The position numbers and the translations under genes are program-made. Positions 1 to 9,700 of a DNA stretch of 20,000 nucleotides are shown here, in pieces. The notes under the pieces are model-generated. The model did no database searches. It had not been told where the DNA came from and worked only from the letters and a program-made list of their open reading frames with translations. Source of the DNA: an uncultured virus (IMG/VR IMGVR_UViG_3300048581_000043) (lineage: Duplodnaviria > Heunggongvirae > Uroviricota > Caudoviricetes); IMG/VR virus record IMGVR_UViG_3300048581_000043, one strand, 5' to 3'. How positions within the stretch are numbered: the first letter of the stretch is position 1; every line of letters starts with the position of its first letter.

Positions 1-52
1 TAATAATATTGGCAAAATAGTTAGTCCTGCAATGACTTCATCTTATAGATAA
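1..52 (+). CDS. 3' end of upstream gene (partial; ...NNIGKIVSPAMTSSYR*), unknown product
   Basis: The frame starting at base 2 is open to TAA at 50-52. That stop overlaps the AAGG Shine-Dalgarno-like sequence before the ATG at 61, the same coupling seen at other junctions. Too short to confirm. Confidence 0.45.
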   Translation, partial: NNIGKIVSPAMTSSYR

Positions 53-60
53 GGTAACCC

Positions 61-3000
61 ATGGCTTCTCAGTTTGACTGGAAGACAATTAATCGTTTAA
101 ATAAACTCTTTCCCGAATCTACTATTTCTAAAAGTGATTTGCCCACTTTTGGAGCAGGATCAGATATATTCTATAATGGCGTTCGTCGAGTCGGATATAA
201 GTATAAATATAAAGGCGCTATACAAGACTTAGGTTCTTATACCAACTCCCTTTTAAAAGAAATATTAGACTTACCTAAAGCCGAAGGGCAAGAAGCTCTT
301 CGTGGCTTTATGGGAACATTTAGAGAGCAACATGTTCTAAAGATGCCAGTCGGCTTCATGCAAGGAATAGCTGATGAGATGGCAGTCTCTGAAGCTGTTA
401 GAGATATTGATGCTGAACAAGCTTTCTCAAAACTACCAAGATCAGAACAATTCAATTTTAAGAAAAACTGGATAGTCGAAAATGCCGCACAAGGTCATGG
501 TTGGTCTGGTAGCGGAGAGTCTATTGGAGACTTCTTCTTTTCAGATAAAAGCACGATGCCTTTGGGATTCGGTAAAGGTACACAAGAAGAAGTTCGTAAA
601 TATTTAACTCTTTATAATGCTATGGATCTAGGAGAATTTGGAACTTCTCCTACCACTTTAACAAATTTGGCAATCGAAAATGCCCATAGACATGCCAGTT
701 CTATAGCTTTTAATTCAAAGAATACTGCTATTGACCAAGTAGCCGAACAAACGATGAGTCGGTACTTGATTAAAGATGTACAGTTTATTGCAGATGATCC
801 CAATCTGATTGGTAATCCAATCTTTTTTAAACATGGATCTTTCTCTGGAGAAAAATACTATACTCCAAAAGAATTAACATTTAGTCCACTCAGTTTACAA
901 TCTCATCTCGGTAAAGAATCTGCAATGTTACCGGGAATCATGTCTAAGATACACGCAGGCAAAGGTACTTTCACAGCACAAGAAATGACTGCAATTAGAT
1001 CAGCCTCTTTATTAGATAATAATGCGGAATTCACTGCCTTACTTGAACAAGGTAACTCGCCTACTGAAGCTTTGGAAGCTATTAATCGTAGTCCAGAAAT
1101 GCATTCTAAAATTAATTCTGTAGCTTTTGAAGACGGTAAAGTTAGATTACAATATGGACAAGAACAACGTATTGGACCAGGAACAAAGTTTTCTACTGCA
1201 GAACAAAAGGCCTTGGGTGGATTTTTACCTAAAAAGGTTTGGGAAGGAAGGGGTTATAATCAAGCAGCTGATGCTGTAATAGCTCCTATTTCTGGTGCGG
1301 AATCTCAACGGCAATTGTTGCCTTTCTGGAACGCTATTGATATATGGGCCACCAAACGTGGAGACGTTACAACTAAACTTAGAAATGCTCATAGTTTAGT
1401 AGAAATAATCAACCAACACGCTGATATTCAGGCTGCAACTTCTGGTATCAAGTACGCTCAACTTAATGAACAAGCTATTAGAATTAATGTCGCCAATGAA
1501 TTTAAACTAACTCCTAAGTTTATCGAAGATGCAGCTCGTATATTAAATCCACAAGAAAGAAATGAACTATTAAGATCTGCGCGACCCGTATTACCTCAAT
1601 ACATCAGTGTATTAAACCAAAGTGATTTTTCTACTCATGGTAAAATTGAAAAAGCTGGAATTCAAGATGTTGTAGGCTTAATGAACCGAGATATGCCTTT
1701 ATCATCAAGGGCAGTAATGTCAGATATTGGGGCAAGACCTTTAGCTAAAGAATACCAACAATTCTTTGGTGATGTACTAGGAAAAAATGAGTTTGGTGGA
1801 ATTCCCTTACCTCCAGAAGAATTCGAAAGATTAGCAAGACAACAAATTTCTTATGCTAATGGAGAGATAGTAGGAGGAGAAGGTTCAAAATTATTTGACC
1901 CTAATCTTTCTGCTATTGAAAAATCCCAACGGTATTCTCTTGATCTCGGCAGAGACTATAGTGCTAAAGTAGGCAAGACTAATACTGTTACTTTAAATAA
2001 AGTTCCAGTTTTATCCATGAATGCAAGACAGATGACAGCTATGCCAGGATCGGGAACCGTATGGGCAGGAGATGTTAATAAACCATTAATAGATTTAGTT
2101 AAAGCTAGACAATATGGTACTCCCGATCAAATCCAAGCAACTTTACAAAATTATCTGGATGCTACCGCTAATCTTTCAGGCAAAGGTAGATCAATAGTAG
2201 AGGAAGGGCTAAAAACAAGACTACAAGGAACACGAGGAACTGGTAACTTTCTAAGTTCTGAACAAGTAAACTTAATAACTCAACAGTTTACTGAAGGTTC
2301 TGGCAACCAGAGAGGTATAGTCGCCCTTACACTAGAACAAGCAAAACATATTTTTGGTGATATGACAACCGATGAGTTTAGATCTAAAGTAAAAACGGGT
2401 TTATATGGCACGTTACAGAGATATCCTTCGCTTACTGGTTATGCCCCCTTCAGAGTAGGTATGCTAACTAAAAAAGTCATGAAGGCGGGGCCTTCTTATG
2501 GCAAAAAAGGCATAATGGGAACAGCTGATATAGGTTCGGCTATTGAAGAGGATCTTGATGCCGATATGGTAACAGCTCTTAACCTAGAAAACCTACAACA
2601 AGGATTAATGTCAGAAGCTGAAAATGTACATAACAAATTCTCTGCTCCTGGTGGACTTTATGAAGTAGCTCAAGCCAAAGCAGAGACTAAGGCTATGCCA
2701 GAGACGCGGTTAGGTGAAAGTGCATGGCAAAGAGCTAAGCGTTTATCTATGACTGAAGAACCTACAACTACCGAAGTAGGAATGGCATTATTGCAAAAAG
2801 CAGAAGGAACAGGCAAATTCAACGTTGCTTCTCTTCGTGTATTAGAGGGCGCTCAACAATTAGGTTATCAGAATGCTGCAGACCTACATACTTATGTTGC
2901 CAAACTAAGTCAAAAAGGGTATAATGCCAAACTAAGAGGAATGAGCAAAGATGTTTTAGAAGCTAACATTTCTGATATATTTTGGGGTTCTACAACCAAA

Positions 3001-3771
3001 GCTGAAAGAGCTATGCAACTAGGACCATTACTTGAGGGAATCGTTCCTGAAGGTCAGGATACAACTAAAATAGCTCATCAAATAATTGAAGCTCATAGGA
3101 TTGGTTCAAAAGGTGGAGTTATAAGCGACTTACTTTCTCTTAATCGTCCTCAATCTTTCGAGAACATAGGAGTAGCTCTCAACTCTGCTCTTGAAAGAGC
3201 GGAACGTTCTCCCATAGGTTCTGATATTGCTAAATCAGGAATGGTACATGCTATCGATATGTTAGGTGCTCAAAATGCCAGTTTAGCTCAAGATGGTATG
3301 AAAGGTATAGAGAAATCGGCCAAAGAAGGATTAGGATCTTTTTCTAGATACATTAAAGAAAGTACTGGAGATTTCGTCGCCGGATTAAGACAAGGTAAAG
3401 GATGGACTTCTGTTGCAATAGGAGCAGCAGTCTTGGCAGGTGTTGGATTAGGAATGCGTAAGCCTGGAACCATGATAGTTCAAGGTGAGAATGCAGAAAA
3501 TCACCAATCTCCACCCGCAGAAGCTCCCATGATAACTCCAAGAAAAGAGTCAAAATTACGTCTAATGACCGAAAATCAATATGATGTTCGTGTTAAAATA
3601 AGAGAAGCAAGACGTCAACATTCCTCGAAATTTGTTGATTTCGTCAATGCTATTTCTCACAAATACGATTCTCAAACAAACGCACAAGTAAATATACGTG
3701 ATGATTCTTCTGAGCAAGATTATCAAAAAATCTTTGCTGATCAATATCGTCGTTCAATGAGGCAAGGTTAA
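61..3771 (+). CDS. Putative single-chain two-barrel (DPBB) RNA polymerase-like virion protein at the tape-measure/ejection-protein locus, with a C-terminal hydrophobic helix
   Basis: 1236-aa ORF with AAGG upstream. Collinear motifs: G374-TKFSTAEQK383 (cf. beta GDKxxxRHGNKG), D404-AVIAP (cf. beta DIVLNP), L645-NKVPVLSMNAR (cf. beta' LTVLPVLPPDLR), D671VN, L695QNYLDA (cf. LQEAVDA), L705SGKGRSIVEEGLKTR (cf. IKGKQGRFRQNLLGKR), R787YPSL (cf. NRAPTL), D831LDAD835 (cf. DFDGD), K913AEGTGKF (cf. bridge helix KTANSGYL). Hydrophobic segment at aa ~1115-1132. Confidence 0.72.
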   Translation: MASQFDWKTINRLNKLFPESTISKSDLPTFGAGSDIFYNGVRRVGYKYKYKGAIQDLGSYTNSLLKEILDLPKAEGQEALRGFMGTFREQHVLKMPVGFMQGIADEMAVSEAVRDIDAEQAFSKLPRSEQFNFKKNWIVENAAQGHGWSGSGESIGDFFFSDKSTMPLGFGKGTQEEVRKYLTLYNAMDLGEFGTSPTTLTNLAIENAHRHASSIAFNSKNTAIDQVAEQTMSRYLIKDVQFIADDPNLIGNPIFFKHGSFSGEKYYTPKELTFSPLSLQSHLGKESAMLPGIMSKIHAGKGTFTAQEMTAIRSASLLDNNAEFTALLEQGNSPTEALEAINRSPEMHSKINSVAFEDGKVRLQYGQEQRIGPGTKFSTAEQKALGGFLPKKVWEGRGYNQAADAVIAPISGAESQRQLLPFWNAIDIWATKRGDVTTKLRNAHSLVEIINQHADIQAATSGIKYAQLNEQAIRINVANEFKLTPKFIEDAARILNPQERNELLRSARPVLPQYISVLNQSDFSTHGKIEKAGIQDVVGLMNRDMPLSSRAVMSDIGARPLAKEYQQFFGDVLGKNEFGGIPLPPEEFERLARQQISYANGEIVGGEGSKLFDPNLSAIEKSQRYSLDLGRDYSAKVGKTNTVTLNKVPVLSMNARQMTAMPGSGTVWAGDVNKPLIDLVKARQYGTPDQIQATLQNYLDATANLSGKGRSIVEEGLKTRLQGTRGTGNFLSSEQVNLITQQFTEGSGNQRGIVALTLEQAKHIFGDMTTDEFRSKVKTGLYGTLQRYPSLTGYAPFRVGMLTKKVMKAGPSYGKKGIMGTADIGSAIEEDLDADMVTALNLENLQQGLMSEAENVHNKFSAPGGLYEVAQAKAETKAMPETRLGESAWQRAKRLSMTEEPTTTEVGMALLQKAEGTGKFNVASLRVLEGAQQLGYQNAADLHTYVAKLSQKGYNAKLRGMSKDVLEANISDIFWGSTTKAERAMQLGPLLEGIVPEGQDTTKIAHQIIEAHRIGSKGGVISDLLSLNRPQSFENIGVALNSALERAERSPIGSDIAKSGMVHAIDMLGAQNASLAQDGMKGIEKSAKEGLGSFSRYIKESTGDFVAGLRQGKGWTSVAIGAAVLAGVGLGMRKPGTMIVQGENAENHQSPPAEAPMITPRKESKLRLMTENQYDVRVKIREARRQHSSKFVDFVNAISHKYDSQTNAQVNIRDDSSEQDYQKIFADQYRRSMRQG

Positions 3772-6700
3772 TGTCTAACAACTCCGTAATCAATTCAAGC
3801 GCTAATAATGAACGTACATCATTTCAATATGATCCTCGTGACTTGCCTGGAGCTACTAGAATTGGTAATGTCTGGTTACATGTTCCTCCAATTAACCTAC
3901 GATTTGGTCATGCTAAAGCTACAGATTTGCGTAAAGTATTAAGACAATCTGGACCCGAATATGTTAAGTCAGGACGTGGAGTTAAGACAGTAGATATAGA
4001 TCTAGTGTTCTCTGGCGCCAATCAAATCAATAATAAACTAGCAAGAATCTTAGCTACTCTAAGACGCACTCCTTTTATTATAGTTAATAATGAAACTATT
4101 TGCAAAGAGATGAATTATCAATCAAATAATGCAATTAATAATGACGTTCCTATGGCTGTTACTGCCTATACTTTTCGCACTGAATTAGAATTGCCCGACA
4201 CTATTATCATGCATCTTTCAATGATGTTCTTTAATTTTCTTCCTTATGTTAAGACATTCCAGTATTTAAAACATACAGGAGACTTTAACAAAGATGGCAC
4301 TCCCACACTTGTACCTTGCCAAGGAATCGAAGATTCTAACCTTTATCGGCAATATGTAGATGCCTTACTTAAAAAGAGTGTGGAAATTGGCGACTTCATG
4401 TTTGGTGGAGAAATTGATTCGGCAGGTTCTCTTAGTCCTGAAGAACTTGCTAAACAAAAGAATGCTAAAAATGAATTCAATTCGCGTATTGATTTTCAAA
4501 GATCTGATGTGGTACGCAATGGATCAGTTATTCGTTTAACGGATAATTATGATTCAGCTAAACAAGATCTTGTAATTGGTTACCACGTATTTAGTCTTGC
4601 TCAAGCATTAGATTTAAAACTTGGAGCATATAAAAGTCGTCGTCTTCATAAATGGGTCTGGACCGAAGATGATTTGCGTAAAGATATGAAACTCTGTGTA
4701 ACTAACTTACCTGATAGTATGTCGGTTACGCAAGCAGTTACTCAATACTATGAAGAACTCATGACCTTACCTGTTATTAATAATGGTGCCAAATATCCCA
4801 AAAAGTTTAGGATCTCCACTAATAATACCTGCGTAATTCATGGACTTGCAGTTCGTCGTTCTATTAATCTAACCCCATTACCTATACTTAGTTGCGAAAC
4901 TCCTACAATACAATATACTGGCGGAGCAGTAACAGATATAAGTTTGACATTAGTCGTAAATGACGAAAACTTTATTGAGCAATTAAGAGCAGTAGATAGC
5001 AGTATCGAAGAGTCCTCTCGAAATAAACGGCATTTAGCCGGAACAGAAATGTCATATATTGAGAATGATCTAGTCAATCTTAATGGAACTTTTACTATTC
5101 ATACTGGAGATATGGATATTCAAAATATTCCCGGTAACCCCGGTAGTTATATGGTTAACTGGAACTTTAATGAACAAACAGAAGGTCTGTATGCCTTAAC
5201 TTCTCCTCCTAATGAAATTCCCAAACTCAAACAAACCATGCTTGAGCAAATATTGACTGTATATCGTAATTGGCAATATACGGATGCTTATAATAAAAAA
5301 CGCCATGATTTAAACTTTGATGATATCGATCCTAGTTACATTAAGATTTTCGTTATTCCATCACTAATACGTTCTGTGCGTAATGGATTCGTAGAGTTTA
5401 TGAAACAGAATGGATATGTCAATAGTTCTGATTTCACAAACGAATCTATTTCAGGTGTACTCGATGCTGCCACAGCCATGATAACTCAAGGACAAGTTCA
5501 AACTATCAATTTTGATTATCTATGGGAAGACCCTCCCTTTGTAGATGATGGAAGTGTTTCTGAAACCGCAGATGATCAAGAGACAAGATATGAAACCGCA
5601 TATAATAAAATATGGCATCTAATGACTGGTCAACTTGGTACAAGTGATATTAATAAGGATACTAATACAACTACTCTTTATCAACAGTTTAAATATTACC
5701 TATATGCTCAATTGGCTACTTTAAGTGGCGTTAATGCTACTAATACTAATACCGAAACAGGGATGATTAAAGGAACAGCAGCTTTATTGGCTCGTTCAAA
5801 TAATAGACGTTTTGAATTGTTTTTAAGACAACCTAATATTCGCGAATATGAAATTAAAAAAATGATGGGCAATACCTCTTCTGGAACTAGTACTGGATCC
5901 GGTTATTACTGGACTAGTATGATGGGAGAGAAAGTGTACTATGATGATCTAAGTATAAGAGATTACGTTAGTAGTTTAGCCGATGCATGCGCCGAATACA
6001 CTATTGATGAGAAACCTTTATTTAAACAACCCACTCATCCTGACTTAACAGAAGCAGAACTGAGACAAGGTTCTATCTATTTATTACGCGGTGATGATGT
6101 TTCAAATGCGGCTTTTAAAGAATTAATGCGACCTCATATAGAAAAATGGATCGCTCGTCACAGTTCTTCTGGAGCCAATATCGGATCTGCCAAAGATGCA
6201 TTTTCTACTTTCTTAAATGCTACTTCAAAACTTACATGTTATCCTGATCTGGGTTTACCTTTTGATTATGATATTGAAAAAGCGGATGGTACAAAAACAG
6301 GAAAGTTTATTACTTTCACAGAACCGGATTTTTATATTCAATCCTATAGTATAAAAGATATTGGCGGGATTGATGATAGTGATATTAGTTTAGTTGCAAT
6401 TAAAAAACGTTTAGCATTGGCTAGTCAAGGAATTCCTACTCTGGCAATAACTGGCAATACAGTTCCTTCCATCGAACGTACTAATGGAATGGTTAATAAT
6501 GATATTCGTAATTCTGAACCGTATAAACCATTAGGTTCAACAAGCAAAACAACTTCTTCGCCTAAAGATATTCAACAACGCGAAATCGACTTACTTAATA
6601 ACTCTATTAATAAAGAACTAGCAACTACTAAAGCTTATTACAAAAATGCTCATGGTGGAAATATTTCACCTGGAGAAATGGCTAAGCTTCGTAATAATGA

Positions 6701-9700
6701 AACCGATTTTAGCATGTTAAGTGATGCTGAATTATTCATGACAACCGCTCTTGCTAAAACCGTAGGGAACATAGCAGGAGAAACATCTCCTAAAACTATA
6801 GATGAAGCCATGAGAGAACACAAAATCTTTCATTCCACCTACATGGACTACAATCCAGACTTCGAGCATACTCTTCCTAATATAATCGAAAAAGCTCAAA
6901 ATCAGATACTAGAAAACCCCAAATACTATAGTATGGCTGGAGCTTATCCTACCTTTAAACTTTATTTCCGTGCCGAGAACCAAAATGAATGGTTATTATT
7001 CGATAACTTTTTCGATTATCGTATGATAAGTAGTATTCGTATCTTTAAGGATAAAGGTAGTCCTTCTACATCAGCAGTAATAGAAATGGTTAATCAAAAA
7101 AATGTACTTAATGACTTGACTGCCTTATTAGCCAAATCCTCTCATCTAACTGCTGATGGAAATAATGCATCTGCCAATAAGTTAGATTACACCTCTGATC
7201 AGGGTGGAAGTAAACCTTTGGCTAAACTTATGCTTCAAGCAGGTACGGCTGTTTCTATAAGAGTAGGTTATAATTCCGATCCTGATCTATTATCAACATT
7301 ATTCAATGGATATATCACCGGAGTAGATCCTGGCGAAGCATTTACTATTGAATGTCAATCATATGGAGCAGAATTAGATACAGAATCCAATATGACCTCT
7401 ATTACTGGAAGATTCTGCCATCCAGGGCAGTATTTGTGGATGATGATGACAGATCCTAAAGTTAAACACTTAGGACATCTTTTTGAAGCAAAGACTTTGC
7501 CTAATTCTGCTAAAGATTATTTAGACTGGGCAGCATTTGGCCATAACATCTATATTAATGACACTATGGAACCTGGCAAGCTTCGATACCTTCAGGCTTA
7601 TAATGCCGAGAACATGTCTAAATGGGATGTATTTCAAGATATGGCCGCAGCACATCCTGGTTATATTTGTCAAGTAGTCCCATATGGAAATCGTGAAACA
7701 GTTTTCTTTGGTAAGCCAGATCACTTCTACACTTATACAGATGATCCAGGCGTAACTCGTAACTACTCATTACCTTACAAGAACGATTCTGGCACTCCCT
7801 CTTCTCTTAAAACCTTTATAAATAGTTGTATTAATGGTGCAGCTGATAGTTATGGTCCTCAACCAGCAGGATTAGACGTAATGTCTACTGCCGATTATAA
7901 AACTGCTTGGAACTCGCTTCAACTAGGTAATTTTAGTGTTAATCTAAATTACATGCAATGGAAAGCTTATGGAGATTCGATTAAAGATATTATCGACATC
8001 AATAAGCAAGCTATTTCACAAACAAAAAAGTATGATATATTTGTAGCTTTACAATACTGTCGTTTAGTAGAATACTTAACTGCTCTAGATGCAGATCCTG
8101 CAGTAGGCAATATTCAATATAGGCAAATCAGTTTAACAGGGCAGGCAGATTCAGTAGATTCTTTGTCTAGCAATGCTTTAAAATCAGCACAAGCAAGTCA
8201 AACAACGGCTCTTAAAACTTACTTGCAAAGTTTGTCTGCTTCAGAACTGACTAACACAATCCAAACTGTTATCAATAATTACTCTGAAGACCCCTCTATC
8301 AATCCTTCTAGTGCTGCACAATACGATAATAAGTTAACTAAATTACGTGCAGACGTATTAAAAATACAAACCAATCCATCGTATATGACGTCATTTGATA
8401 TAAGCAAATATGACAATAAAATTCAAGCAGCATTTACCAATAGTCTAAAAAACAGAACTGTCCATCTTCAATATTTTCTAACTGGAGGCACTGAAGCAAA
8501 TAGGGAGTTGGGAGCTACTTGGTCTAATATGAGTAAGAAAAGTTTTCAAGATTCCAGTTACGATTTTAATATTCTAGAAGTTAATCCAGACTTACAATCT
8601 GCCGAAGAACTAATGTTGAATTATAAAAACACAAAAGACCCCGATATTATAAGTCAAGGTATGTTCTCTGATTCTACTCATGTAACCCGAGCTTTTTTCA
8701 AAGCAGCTCAAGCAACTTATAATGAAACCGGAATAGCCAGTCCTATAGCTTGCGCTTGCTGGTATAGAATTGCATTTCTTTTATTTGGCCAACTCAGAAA
8801 GAAAACTGGTCAAAAAGGTAATCAGACAGTAACCTACATGAATGATATAAATAACTTGCAAGACTATAGTTCCACAGGTCTTTTCTTTGATTCATTAGGG
8901 ATACAAGTTTTCAATACAGATGACGCGGGAGTTACTACAGACCAATTAGGAACAGTAAAATTTAATGGACCAATATTTCGCACGGATCTTAAAGCTCATA
9001 TAGCTTTGCGTAATATAATCCTGGGAAAACTTACTAGCTTCTCTGCCGATCTACAAGAATTGCTTTTCACTCTAGGACAAGCTCCTAATAAAAAAACCTT
9101 TCGTAACTATAAAATTCTTACAAGTCACGAACACATTATTAATAACTCTATTAAATTAGACTATATAGGTATGTGGAATGCTGTTAAATTAAAATATAAA
9201 AGACATGATTTTATGGACGTATATATCCCCAGTCCTGTAATAGGCGTTGCAAATGCAGTTGTTACTGCGGGTTCTTATGGAATGCTCAACCTGGGTTGGG
9301 GAGACAAACCTAATAGTTATGTCATACAAGCTGGTCAAACATTAGACGACCGAATTACTCGCGAAATAACAATACCTATAGAAAATGCAAGGACTGTAGC
9401 ACAAGCTCGAAACTATTCTACCTCTTTATTAGCAGAGGGTATTCGTAACATGTACTCTGGGAATCTTGTTATACGAGGAGATCCAGAACTGAAGCCTACA
9501 GACATTTGTTTCATCTATGATGACTACAATGCCATGTATGGAGCTATTGAAGTCAAATCTGTTTTAAACTTGTTTACACCCGATACAGGATACATTACAG
9601 TAATAGAACCACAAGCCTATGTTGAACCTTTAGGTATAAACTTTAGTGCTGCTGCCTTAATCTGCGAAGTCTTCAATGATATTTTAACTGCTGTAGCTGT

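Noticed and set aside
61..3771. Cellular rpoB/rpoC or T7/N4-type single-subunit polymerase
   Set aside because: Far too divergent and short for a cellular rpoBC fusion, and no right-hand polymerase motifs A/B/C were recognised; no gene symbol was assigned.
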